NCBI RefSeq assembly: GCF_009914755.1
Contig: NC_060932.1
DNA from: the human T2T-CHM13v2.0 reference genome, Homo sapiens
Length of the DNA: 64,000 nt
Strand: one strand, 5' to 3'
Part shown: piece after piece, positions 28,481 through 44,000 of the stretch
Numbering within the stretch: position 1 is the stretch's first letter
Layout: each line of letters opens with the position of its first letter
Made by a program: the position numbers and the translations under genes
Notes under the pieces: generated by a model
What the model was told of the DNA's origin: nothing
The model's input: only the letters and a program-made list of their open reading frames with translations
Databases searched by the model: none

Positions 28481-29799
28481 GGAGATGAGGCCTGAGAGGT
28501 CGGGCTGCCTGGAATTATTATGTGGGGACCCTCAAGGCCAGTGGCACAGACTCTGTGTATCTTCGGCTGTTCTTACAGTAGAGCCTGGGGCCTAAAACCG
28601 AGGGGCCTGCACTGGCCTAGAGGCTCCTTCTAGGCGGGTGGTGTCCCTGAGTGCAGGCTCAGAGGCCAGCTGGCTCCCTCCTCTTCCCCTCCAAACCCTC
28701 CAACTCTCTTCCTGTGAGCTGGATCATGATCAGTCAATTCTCATTGATCTGTTTTTTTTTTATCATCTCTGAGCACAAACATTGACCGACTTAAAACCTG
28801 GAGTAGAATCCACACACAACAGACTCCTGATAAATTATCCTAAATGGCAAGGATGGTTGTGGGGGAACAGCAGTGGGGCTGACCTGGCCCAACTAGAAGA
28901 CGAAAGCTTCTCCCCAGGCTGCCAAGCAAGCGCCTGCCAGAAGCGTGTCTGTGCAGTCCCCACGGAAGCCAGTGGCATTCAGGCTTCCGAGAGCAGCTTC
29001 CAATGCCAGTGTTCGCATCTGGGGTTTGGTTTGGAACTCAGCTCGGACACTGCAAGGCCAAAGGGATTAGTCAACAGTGCTTGTTAAACACAGACCTCAT
29101 GCCTAACACCATGCCTGGCACCGTCGATTAAAAGAAAACATTTCACGCGTGGCTCTTACTTGCAAGAGAACCGTGATCTGGTTAGGATGCTCATGGCAGA
29201 CCCTGCCAAGGCAGAGACTAATGAGAGATGAATCTGAGTGGTAGCTCCACTGGAGCTCAGGGAGAAGGGCCCAGAAAAGGACTGGGAGAGAAAGCATGGG
29301 CCTGTCCTCGGGTTCATGTAGGTTCCATCCCAGCTTCACAGCCTAACAGCTGTGTGTCCCTGGGCAAGTCACCCAGCCTCTCTGTTCCTCCACTCTCTCA
29401 CGTCCACAACAGGTCACAGTCATTAAAATTATGTACAGTGTGCCCGGAGTGTTATATTAATAACAGTAGCTTCATTTCTACAAGGTGTGCTCTGTGTCAA
29501 TGCTGTACCAAGTGCTTTACATAAATAAACTCATTTTATTCTCCTACATTCTTTTTTATTTTATTCTCCTTTATTCTCTATAAGGAAGGAAATCTGTAAA
29601 ACGAGTACCTCCGTTTTACAGACGAAGAAATGGAGACCCAGAGGAATGAAAGAACTGCCCAAAGTAATCCAGCTAGGAAGGGGTCATCTCAGTGCCTGAT
29701 ACCCCCACTGTCCTTTCCCCCGACTGACCACCATGGAGCAGCAGATGAAATGGGCTTGAGGAGCCAGAGAAACTCAGACATAATTAGATGCATTGATAT

Positions 29800-30535
29800 G
29801 GTGATGTACACCCATGGTCCTGGAAGTATTACTCATAATAGCCAAAAGGTGGAAATGAAGAAACCCAAGTGTCCCTTCATGAACAAATGACATATACACA
29901 TACAATGTAATATTATACAGCCACTAAAAGGAAGGAAATTTTGACACATGATGCAATAGGGATGAAGCTTAAGGACATTATGCTAAGCCAGTCACAAAAC
30001 AACAAATATTCTATGATTCCATTCATAAGAGGTATTTAGAGGTGTTAAAATCACAGACAGAAAGTAGAATGTGGTCGCCAGAGGCTGGGGAGAGGGGGAA
30101 GTAGTGAGTTACTGTGTAGTGAGTACAAAGTTTTAGTTTACAATATGAAAAAAACATTCTGTGCCACTGAACTATACACATAAAAATAGTTAAAATGGTA
30201 AATTTTTTTTAAGACAGAGTCTCACTCTGTTGCCCAGGCTGGAATACAGTGGCGTGACTGCAACCTCCACCCCTCGGGTTCAAGTGATTCTCCTGCCTCA
30301 GCCTCCCGAGTAGATGGGATTACAGGTGTGTGCCACCACGTCTGTCTAATATTTGTATACTTAGTAGAGACAGGGTTTCACCATGTTGGCCAGGCTAGTC
30401 TCAAACTCCTGACCTCACATGACTCTCCTATCTCAGCCTCCCAAAGTGCTGGGATTATAGGCGTAAGCCACTGCACCTGGCCATTAAAATGGTAAAGTTT
30501 ATGTTATACATATATTTTACTACAATTAAAAAATA
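29800..30535 (+). mobile_element. L1M(B) 3' fragment interrupted by an Alu
   Basis: atagccaaaaggtggaaa...gacattatgctaagccagtcacaaa...ttaaaatggtaaa. Confidence 0.75.
30203..30482 (-). mobile_element. AluS
   Basis: Antisense Alu flanked by TTAAAATGGTAAA repeats. Confidence 0.92.
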
Positions 30536-30773
30536 TTGATATGGACATAAGAGGCCTATGCTTCTTCTTGGGTGCCCCAGTATTACTCCCTGTACCTCCA
30601 TTTAGATTTATTCGTTTCTTCAGTTGGCATTTTTTGAGCTTGGTACCTATTCTATTTAGAGCTAGAATCCAAGAGGCCTGGATTCATCACCACTGTCCTC
30701 GTCATTGCTGTCCTAGCAGATACTTACACTCTCATTGTGCCCAGCACTTGTCCATGTGTTCCATCTGCACTAA

Positions 30774-31120
<347 letters not shown>

Positions 31121-31540
31121 GATGGATACTATTAATATTCTCATTTTATAGATGAGGAAACTGAGACCCAGAGAAGTGAAGTCCCTTGCCTGAGGTCACA
31201 CCACTGAAATTCAGACTCCCCATAGTCTGGCTAAAAACTCTCAGCTCCAAAAAGCCTCTGTCACCTGAAACACAAGCCACATTTTCATCCACATTCTCTC
31301 TGCCCACCCCCAATCCAACCAAAGTGGCCAGGCTTCTGTAGCGACAAGTTGTGCAGCCTGGGGAGGGGTCCGAGTCACCGCAATATTCCTGGAACAAGCC
31401 CACTGCTTCTGCTATTTCCAAAGTCAGCATTTCCCACTGCTATTTTTTTTTCCAGATGAAAGCAACAAGGTCCCCAGCTTAATATGTTTCATACAGTGAC
31501 ACTAATTAATGTTCCAAACACCAGGGCTCGGGGATTGAGG

Positions 31541-31563
31541 GTGTGTGTGTGTGTGTGTGTGTG
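31541..31563. repeat. (GT)n microsatellite
   Basis: Perfect GT run. Confidence 0.9.
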
Positions 31564-31670
31564 CAGTTTGTGTTTAGGTAATTTATTTTCCCCCACTTTT
31601 GAAATGATGTATGTGGGTATTTTACCTGAGCCAAACTGTTCATAATTCAAAAAGCAATGTTAGCTTTCTA

Positions 31671-31990
31671 TTTTTTTTTTATTTTATTTATTTATTTTTT
31701 TTTGAGATGGAGTCTCACTCTGTCGCCCAGGCTGCAGTGCAGTGGTGCGATCTTGGCAGCTCACTGCAAAACTCCACCTGCCAGGTTCACGCCATTCTCC
31801 TGCCTCAGCCTCCTCAGTAGCTGGGACTACAGGCGCCCGCCACAATGCCCGGCTAATTTTCTTGTATTTTTAATAGAGACGGGGTTTCATCACATTGCTC
31901 AAGCTGGTCTCAAACTCCTGACCTCAGTGATCTGCCCGCCTCAGCCTCCCAAAGTGCTGGGATTATAGGCATAAGCCACCGCGCCTGGCT
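31671..31990 (-). mobile_element. Alu (S/Y type)
   Basis: Antisense dimer with a T-rich tail. Confidence 0.92.
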
Positions 31991-33527
31991 GACTTTCTTA
32001 AAGTCATAAAAAACTACTGTGAACTACACACTAACCCCACAAGTGCAATCCATTCTGCAGCCTCCTACATATGTATTTTTGCTTCAACCAACAGTGTGAA
32101 TGCTGGAAATCTGAAGCCAGGAGCCTTAGGCAGTCACGGCCTTTAGAACAAGAAGTTTACAGATCACAGAAGGGAGTGGTCCTCAAACAAGGGTGCCAAC
32201 ACCCCAAACAGACCCTTTGGAAAGAGTAGATCTGATTTATTACAATAGGGGAACTCTAACAGTGCTGTGGGCAGGAGCCCAGGATGCTGAACATCCTGCA
32301 GAATGTGTGACGTTCCTGCCCCATGAGGAACAGTCCTATCCATAATAGCTTCTCCACTGAGAAATCCCAAAATGTGTCCATATAGTTTTTCAGGGAAGAA
32401 AGATACAGAGACACCGAGGTTTCTTGCCTAAGGTAACACAGTAACTCCTCGGTTAAGAAAGGTCACACGCCTCCAGCTTCATCTCTTGTTTCATCCTCTC
32501 ACCACTCAGCTACCCCAACCCTCCCACTTCCATATAAAGGGTCCCTGGATGCAGCCACTGGGAAATGATCACACTTTAGGACTTTAGGAACCTGCTGCAT
32601 TTTCTCAACACCAAGCCTTTGTCAGTGACTCCCTTCTGCCTTCACCCCTAACCCAGACTCTGACACCGTTCCATCTTTCCACGCCTGGATCAAAGGCTGC
32701 CTCCAGAAAACCAGCCAGAGCTCTATCCCGGAACCCCTCCCAGCAGTCCATCTGTATTTTGACTTTCAGCCTGTGTACCAATCTGCCTTTGTACTGGAGT
32801 TGGTTATTAGCATTACCCTTACCATCAACAGTACTATGCCAGCTGCTGAACAACCATTCTGCTATCCTATGGTCACAGTGGGCTGGTGGGGCAAGACATA
32901 TTATCCTATTTTACCAACGAAGAATTTGAGGCTTAGGAAGGTTAGCAACTTTCTGGAGGTGGCACAGGTGGCAAAACAGGGATTTGCTCCCACATCTGAC
33001 AGCAGAGCCCACACTGTTGTGAGAGGGCCACCCTGCCTCCCTCCATGGTCATGAGCATGTCCACCTCCTGTCCAGACGATGAGGTCTTTGAAGGTAGAAG
33101 CCCTGCCACTTCCATCCACATCCTCCTTATGGCAAACCCTCCATAAATCATGTCAGAGTCCAGGCATCCTGACTCCTGGTCCAGGACTTGCCACCTGGTC
33201 TAGGTCCTTTTCACCCCATAAGCCACCCTTGGCCCAACATGACCTCCCTCAAGGTACATGGTGAGTCAGGAGTAGGGCCACACAGTGAGAAGTTCCCTAA
33301 GGTTCCTACCTCCCAGCAACCAACAACAGTTCACTACAGTAGCTTCAGTTAGACAAAATAAACACCTTCCCATCATATCTTTCTGGCTCAGCAGTCTGCT
33401 TTAGCATTGCAGTGGGCCAGGCCCATGAAGGCATCCAAGCTTCCAGAACCAGAGGACTTCTACATGTGTCATGCCTACATGCACAAAACCCGCCAATCAA
33501 CTTTTTAAAATAGACTTTATTTTTTAG

Positions 33528-33833
<306 letters not shown>

Positions 33834-34341
33834 TGAATAGTTTTCAATTTAGAGAAATACTGATACTGTAGTACAGAATTCCCATATAACCTGCAGCCAG
33901 TTTCCCCTATTATTAACATCTTACATTAGTATGATACATTTGTTACAACTAATAAATCAATCCTAATGCATTTTTATTAACTAAAGTCCATACTTTATTC
34001 AGATTCCCTTAGTTTTTACTTAATACCCTCTTTTCTCCCAGGATCCCATCTAGGATCCCATATTTCATTTAGTTTCACATTTCTGTAGGCATCTCTTGGC
34101 TGTGATAGTTTCTCAGTCTTTCCTTGTTTTAGATGACCTTGATAGTTTTGAAGAATACTGGTCAGGTATTTTGTGGAATGTTCCTTGGTTGCAATTCATA
34201 TGATTTTTCACCCATAATTAAACGGGGGTTATGGGATTTGTGGGGGAAGACCACAGCAAAATGCCATTTTCATCACATCATGTCAAGGGTACATACTATC
34301 AACATGATTAATCATGGTTGATGTTAACCTGGATCACCTGG

Positions 34342-34758
34342 TGTCTTAGTCCATTTAGTGTGCTACAAAGGAATACCTAAGGCTGGGTAACTTATAAAGA
34401 CAAGAGATTTATTTGGCTCATGGTTCTGCAGGCATGGTGTCAGCATCTGCATCCAGTGAGGACCTCCAGTTGCTTCCACTCATGGTAGAAAGGCAAGGGG
34501 AGCTGGTATGTGCAGAGATCACAGGATAAGAGAGGAAGCAAGGCAGAGGAAAGGTGTCAGGCTCTTTTTAACAACCAGCTCTCACGGGAACTAATAAGAA
34601 TGAGAACTCACTTATGCCCCAGCACACAGGGAGGGGATTAATTATTCATGAGGGATCTAACCCCATGACCCAAACACTTCCCATTAGGCCCCTACTTTCA
34701 ACACTGGGCATCAAATTTCAACATGTAGTTTGAGGGTACAAATATCCAAACTATAACA
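34342..34758 (-). mobile_element. MST (MaLR) solo LTR
   Basis: TGTCTTAGTCCATTT...CCAAACTATAACA with a perfect 5-bp TSD CCTGG (34337-34341 and 34759-34763). Confidence 0.88.
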
Positions 34759-36368
34759 CCTGGCTTGAGGTCGTGTTTTACAGGTTCCTCCATTATAAAG
34801 TTTTCTTTTTCTTGTTTTTTTTTTTTTTTAATTCCCTTTTCATACCCTTTGGAAGGAAGTCACTTATGCAGCCCTCACTAGGCTCCCTCTCCTTGAGGGT
34901 AGAATATCTACATAAATTAGTTGGAATTATTCTTACAGGAGATTTCTCTCTTCTTCTCATATTTATTCACTCATTTATTTGTTATATATCAGTATGGGCT
35001 TGTGGATATTTATTTTATACTTTTGTTATACTCCAGTATTACTTTATTTTTTGTCTCAAATTGTCCCACATTGGCCAGGGGGTGCTCTTTCAGTTGGCTT
35101 ATGTGCCCCTTTGACATACTCCCATCAATATGGGATTTTTTAAAACACCTTTTTACTTTCTGGCACTATAAGATGCCCTTGGCTCACCTTGTATATATTT
35201 CCTGCCCCATCCTAGAATCAGCCATTTATTCAGGGATCCCTGTATCCTTTTTGTGCAGAATGGTTTTAGAAACCAAGGTCTGGATGCCAGGTGTGCTCAC
35301 TGCAATCAGGATTTGACTTTCTAGGCTCAATGAGCTGACAGCGCAAGGATATATATGTGTGTATATAGCCCATGCATATACACATATTTATAAATATTTC
35401 TATTCATAACCATCTATGTTTGTATTAAGTTAAACATGAGTTTACATGCATATTTCCAACTCAAATCCATACTACATGGATACTCTAGACTCCATTTACT
35501 TTTCTGTAAACTCTCACTTCAGTGGTGAGAAACCTAGCTCCCACCACTGCCATATTTTGCTTAACCGTTAAACTCCAGTACACAAGTATAACAGTATGAG
35601 AATCATTGACCCACACCCCATGGGAAACAACAGCACTTACGTACTAGGCCTTTTGTTTTTAGTCTTAGAAACTCCATTCATTGCCAAAGTTGCTTAGGTC
35701 AGCACCTTCTCCCTCCATCACCTTCAATGAGGTTGTTTCATTTATTTGTAATATAGCTAGATTCTCTTGTCACCATCTGCATCCCTTCCTGGGGTTCCGT
35801 GACCTCCTAAATAATTTTTTAAATTTACAAACACAAGGCTCAATTTTTGTGCCATGAAGTTCTGTGGGTTTTGACGAATGCACTAAGTCATGTATCCACC
35901 ATTACGGAATCACACAGAATAATTTCACCACCCTAAAATATCACCTGCGCTTCATCTATTCCACCCTCCTTCCCTATCTTCTAGCCCCTGACAACTACTG
36001 ATCTTTTTCCTGTCACTAAAGTTTTGCTTTCTCTACAATGTCATATAATTGAAATCATACAGTATGTAGTGTTTTCACTTAGCACTGTAGCTTTTGTCAT
36101 TTAGCAATATGCATTTAAGATTCATTCCTGTATTTCATGACTTAATATCTCATTTCTTTTTACCACCAAATACAATAGTTTATTGTATGGATGTACAATG
36201 GTTTGTTTATCCATTCATCTTGGTTGCATTGTTCTTGGCAATTATGAGTAAAGCTATTAGAAACATTTCCATGAAGGTTTTTGTGTGGATATAAGATTTC
36301 AAATGAGTTGGGTAAATAAGAGCACAACTGCTGGACACTATTGGTAACACTATATTTAGGTTTGTAAC

Positions 36369-36666
<298 letters not shown>

Positions 36667-37165
36667 GGCACCCACTGCCTTCCAGGGTGCCTGTACCATT
36701 TTTCCATTCCCATCAGCAATGAATCACAGTTCCTGTTGCCCTACATCCTTGTCAACATTTGACATTGTCCTCGCTTTGGATTTTAGCCACCCCCATTCAA
36801 ATAGGTGTGTAGTGATATCTCATTGTTGTTTTAATTTACAATTCCCTAACGAAATTATATTCAGCATCATTTCATCTGCTTATCTGCCATCTATATATCT
36901 TCTTTAATGAGATGTCTGTCCAAATATTTTGTCTATTTTTAATTGAATTGTTTTCCTTATTGTTGAATTTTGAGAGTTCTTTGTATGTTTGCTACAAGCT
37001 CTTTATCAGATAGGTGTGTGGCAAATATTTCTCCAAGTCAGTGGCTTGTCTTTTCATTGTCTTAACCATGTCTTTTACCCATTAAACTTTCACAACTACT
37101 CTTTTGCAGATGAGAAAAATCGAGGATCAAAATGACAGCTTTTTATAGCACCATTTTAGTCTTGA

Positions 37166-37561
<396 letters not shown>

Positions 37562-38891
37562 GTGAATTGTACACTTTTAAATGGTAAGTTTTTAAGTTAT
37601 ATGAATTATATTTCAATTTTTTACAAATGACAAGAAAATCAACAGTCAGTGAGTGGCAGTGCTGGAATATGAACTTTTGACCGCATCACAGCTACTGCAT
37701 TCAGAATATCTGAAGCCAATCCCAGCCCTGCCCCTGAAAAACTCTGAGAAAGTCAGATACTTTTACTGAGGCTCTTTGTCCCCATTGATAAAACAGGGGC
37801 CAATTATACACATCTGGCAGTGTTATCACAAGGATCAAATGCAACAATGTTTTTAATGATTAACCTGATACCCTGGACACAGGTCAATAAGGAATAGAAA
37901 GAATGATTACCATTGTTATTACTACTGTTGATATCCCAAAATGGAAGAGTATTCTCCCTCTCCCCATCTACCATTTTCCCTTTCCCTCCTTCCCTCTTTC
38001 TGTCTCTTTTTCTACACACACACACACGTATACATATACAGTATATGCCTCATTCAAGACACACATACACAGACAATGTTAGCATTCCGGGAAGACACAA
38101 AACATAACAACCTTTAGCTTTTATCAGATTTTTACTTCATAAATAGCCCTGTTTTGGAAGACGACAATTTGGCCCACAACATGTTCACATCTATGAAAGA
38201 ACCCAGACTAATTTAGTGGGATTAAAAAGACCAGACTGTGTGGCTTCAGTTGGCAACTTCATTTACAATATTTATTGAGCTCTTTTGTGACAGAAAAATA
38301 AAATCAAGTAACAAGAAGTATTTGGAATAAGAAGCGTAGTTCAAGAGCACCAGAGGAGAGGAAAAACCTAGAGGAAGAAAGAACCCAGGCATAAAGTCTA
38401 TAAGGCTGTCACTCTAGTTGAGCCACAAATGGTATTCACAGCCCTGACAGCCAAAGCAAACAAAACAGAAGCATCCTGCAGAATTCATTTTCTACAAGAT
38501 GAAAACATAATTTACTCAGGAAAGAAATCCGCTAGTTTCTCACTCAAGTGAACCGAAAACTCTCTAGATCTCTTTTTCCCTACTCTTCAAGTAAGCCGAG
38601 TGTGTGGTTGGGTTTAGACCTCTAATATGATTGCAAAAACTCAGCACTGGCCTCCCTGGAGGTCGTGTGGTCTAGGCAAGTGTTTTTCATGGCATACCTG
38701 CTTCCTCAGGTGACTCGGGCCAGGCAGCAAATCTTTTCTTCTACACTTCTATTTTCAATGTAATTTCCTCCCTTTTATCAAAACGGCACATCAGAACTCA
38801 CACTTTATCATGCTCTAGGACATAACCTTAGGGTAGGAATTATGATACCATATTGACTTCAGCATTACTTTTATTCAGTGACATCATTTTT

Positions 38892-39176
38892 TCTTTTATT
38901 CTTTGAGATGGAGTTTTCCTCTGACGCCCAGGCCGGAGTGCAATGGCACAGTCTCGGCTCACCGCAACCTCCGCCTCCCGGGTTCAAGCGATTCATGCCT
39001 GTAATCCCAGCACTTTGGGAGGCTGAGGCGGGTGGACCACCTGAGGTCAGGAGTTCAAGACTAGCCTGGCCAACATGGTGAAACCCTGTTTCTACTAAAA
39101 GTACAAAAATTAGCTGGGTGTGGTGGCGGGCGCCTGTAATCCCAGCTACTCAGGAGGCTGAGGCAGGAGAATCGCT
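38892..39176 (-). mobile_element. Single AluS with internal 5' inversion
   Basis: Antisense 3' part (38892-38994) joined to a sense 5' part (38993-39179), all within TSD TGACATCATTTTT (38879-38891 and 39177-39189). Confidence 0.88.
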
Positions 39177-40440
39177 TGACATCATTTTTATATTAGCAGA
39201 ATTGGAAAAGAATAAGGATGGAATGGCCATTTATCTGATACCTACTATACGCCCATAAGACTGTATCACAGCCACTTCATTTAATCCTTACCATGTGCAC
39301 AGACATGTTCACGTTACAGACGAGCAAACAGGTCTAGGCTGGTTAAGTGGTTTACTCAAGGTTACTGGTTAAACAATGATACAGCCAGACTTCAAAGCCA
39401 GTACTTATGTCCATGTCTGCTTATCAGTGAAGCCACACACTCCTTGGAGGCTGGCATTGTGTCCATTCATGCAAAAAGACTTTGTATCCAGAGTGTCATG
39501 TGTTGTATCAGGCTCTGGAATGCAGAGAATGGATGCTTGCATGTATGTAATGTGCCACTAAAAAGCAAGTCCTCATTCGCTTTACACAGCTCAAGGTTCA
39601 CCCAGCTCAGGTTTTATGATTCCACTTTCCTTTGTATCACTTTCAGCAACTTTCCTTCAGTGTGATAAAAAGTCGGACCTTGGATTCTTCATGGTCAAGG
39701 CTGTACATTAGAAAACGAAGGAGGAAGTGGTCTCCATCCTGTACACATGATGAAATGTACTTGATGGAAATCTTCCCTGATCCATTTAAACAGTGTTGAC
39801 AACTTTTCGTGATCCCCAAGTGGACTCAGTATCTGCATATATTAGAGTGAGTGTCACACCATTATGCAATTATTTATTCACCTATTTGACCACTAGTCCC
39901 TCAAGAGCAGAAACTGATTTATTCACCCCTCTTTCTCCTATTCCTAGCCCAAGGTCTGGCATCTGCTGGGCCTGAAATCAATGGCCTCTGAGTGATCAGT
40001 CAGCATGTCTTGAGTTTGATCAGTGTATGTATACAAAACCTAAAGGATTACATTTTTTCCAAGAAATGTTTTCCCAGTCAAACAAGATATGTTCAAGTCA
40101 TGGCACAAAAAGAGGAATTTAAAAAAGAAATCTCAACGTTTCCTTTCGTGTTCCAGAACTGTGAAGGGGAATGTTAATGACTTCCCCAGGAAACCAGAAC
40201 TCCAGCACAGGGCGGAAGTCACAGCACCTAGTTTACAACCAAGATCCTGCCATTTTCTCCACAAAAGATGTGTTTGTAAGAGCAACTGGAATATCTAATT
40301 TAATCTTGTTTTGAAAATGCTAATGTTTCTCACATTATAAATTAGTTAAGATTCTTCATTCTTTGAAAGTATCACAAAAGCCACTCAGAATTATGTCACC
40401 AGGATTGAAGTTGTCCATGCTTATTTAAAATAACTCTCTT

Positions 40441-41000
<560 letters not shown>

Positions 41001-44000
41001 CATGAAATAAAACAAACGACAGGAATAAATAAAAGGAAAGAACTCGCCTGTTTTATTTGGTGAAAATTACAAATATGTGACCATACCATAATATTAACAA
41101 GGAGAAAGCTCCTTTCCCCAAAGGATAATGCAGGCAGTGACCAGGTTTTGCGGTGCTTCTGAGAACACTATAATTCCAGCATATAGTAACAGCTTAGAAA
41201 GTTTAGCTATCATTAGATACCAGGCATTGAATTTACATATTTACAAATACTTTTAATTCATTTTTTTCCGGAATGACAACCCTAACTGAAAAATTAATGA
41301 GGGGGAAAAAACACTAGAGAATCATCACAACCCTTAGGCTTCAAGACTTCCTTTACTTAAGAATCACCGAGAAAACAGAGCCACATATTGTGAGCTTTAA
41401 GTCACAGTATTTTCTTTACTTACGAACCAGAGGACGACTACCAGTTGTCATTGGCGCCCTTCCCATACCTCCTCAGGACTCACTCCCAGCCCCTGCCAAA
41501 AGTAGCCTAAATGTGGCATGTTTGTCTAAGAAATTTCTCTGCCCCCAGGAGCACCGCTTAGGCAGTCATGGCTGGAGTTCAAGGACCATTCCTGGCTGTT
41601 CTAGATGGCATTCCAGGGTCCCTAGGAAGACTAAGCCTCAGTTGCCCTCATGGTAACCTGCTTAATGACACATCCTTATAATCTACTTCTTTCCTGTCTT
41701 ATTTCACTTACTTTCCCCGATTTTACAAAATTCTCCAATTTGTCTTGGAATCACCTCCTAAATCATGCATTCTCACTAGGGATGCTATTGCATTCCAGGG
41801 GGCAAAATTCGTTCTGGGAGGATAGAGTGAAAAAATCTTACTCTTTTTATACTTTATATAGCAAGCCCATATAAACACACAGTTTACAAAGACGTACACA
41901 GTGTATCAGTACTATTAACATTTCATGGGTGAGGGCAATTGGGGAAAAACGTCTCTAAAGACTCCTCAAAGGGGAGATATTGAAAACAAGAGAGAGCAAC
42001 TGTGTGGTAAATAAACCACGTGCCCTGAGCCCCCTGGCTCAGTGTCGGCTTCTGGTGAAACACAAACCAAGAGAGAATGCCAGCACTCATCCCCACACTC
42101 TGTTGGCCACAGTCCAGTCCTCCGTTGCTTCACTTAACCCTTTAAATAACCTGGAAGGCAGGGAAAATTAGGTCCATATTTCAGATGAGCAAACTGTGGC
42201 CACTAGAAGTCAAATGAGTTACAGAAACTAGAGAGTAAATCAGCAGAAGACTCAAGGTGAGAGCCTGGGTTTCCTGGTGGCTGGGCGGGTGTTCCCTGGG
42301 CTCTCAGCCACACCTTAGAACTATCTAGAGTGCCTAGCCCATGGCACAGAGAAATAACACTACAAATAAATGTAAGTGGCTGTTAATAATAAAAATAAAT
42401 CAGGTCTCCATGAATGGAACAAACAATGGTGCTACCCCACAGATGACTTTATAAACCACACAGTGGATACAAACATTAGTTGTCATTAACATGGAGGTTT
42501 TGAATGCCCCAACTCAAGGCTGAGCTCAGTGGAGTCCAGAGACTATTTTATAGGACTCTTGGTAGAGAACTAGATGGGAGGCAGGGGAAGGACAGAAAAA
42601 GGGGGATCTTAGCTCTGGGATTTCAGCAGAAAGAGAAGCCTTCCTTGGCAAGAGTCCATGTAGGGATGCCTGATCCCTCAGCCCGACCTGCGTTTACTCC
42701 TCCTACTGTTCATTTATAAACAAACACCTCACCTCACATGGATCAATAAGAAAATGTGGCCCTGAGTGGTAACTCATCTTGCCCTTGAAAGAAAACATTC
42801 TGAACAAATATCCCTAGCTTTTCTGAGATAAAGTGAAAGACCCCATCAAGCAAAACTATACTTCGGACAGGATTGGACTTAGATCCTAAGGCAGCTGTGA
42901 AGCCAGAGGAAACAAGACTCTTCTGATGGCACACTGCTGTTGGAGGCACGTGGGGAGGCCAGTGTGGCTGAATGGATGCCCGCCTTGCACGAAGACTTGG
43001 TTTGGGTCCTCCCCTTAGCAGCACCACCTTAGGCAAGTTTCAAATGGCCCTGGGCCTCTGTTTCCTCTTCTCAAAGTTCCGTTCCAGCTCCAACAGCCTC
43101 TGATTTTTCTAAGCTGTCAAGCGCCTCTCTCTCTGTGCTGGGACCATAAATCCCACAAATTGCTGCAAAGTAACTGCTGATTAGTGTGATTAGACTTGCT
43201 GATTATTAAGTACTGCTGGTTTCATTTTTCAGATTGGCATTACCAGGGCTTCGGAGAAGCATCCATAGCTGATACATGAGACAGCTGATATGGAGTGAGA
43301 CGAAGCAGAAGCTGGGATTGGAGGGACAGGCAGAAGGAGAGAGATGAATAGTCCAATTGGGCTAAGCGATTTTCCATTAGGACACATGGCCTGGGCTAGA
43401 TGAGTATATTCTCCTAGCCCAGGACTTTCAAGTCTTGTTGGATAAGATTTCACTCCATCTCTCCAAGAAGACACCATCAAGGCAGAAATAAACTTAAACT
43501 GCTGTAATGAGTTTACAAAGAACCTAAGGGGTCAAAGACAAAGAAGTTCTATGCATATTCTGCCTGCCTGCCTTTGGGTAGGACACCAGCTTAGGAGAAC
43601 CGGGTTTGGTGATTTGCAAGCAGGCACCTGCTGTAGCTGTTTAAGCAGGTTACCCTGACATTGAACAGATGGCAGTGTTGCCCAAGAGGTGATATTATAA
43701 ACTGTGAAATGATGTAAAAGCATTAGTTATTACTAATATGCTGGTTTTAAAGGGCTCAACCCAACTGTTACACTCTTGCAGAGTGCAGATAATTTTACAT
43801 GACTCTTAAAAAGGAGCGCATGGAGAGGAGAGGAGGTTCCCAGCCCTGAGGTCTGAATTCAGTATAGAGAGAAGCCCACCTCGGGGGGAAGCCAGCCAGA
43901 GCCCACGTATGGGATACCCCATGAGCCAGCTGCTTAAGTTCTCACTCTTACTTAGTCATACACTACATGCAGGAAGCAGTGTTGCTCTTGAGCTGTAACC

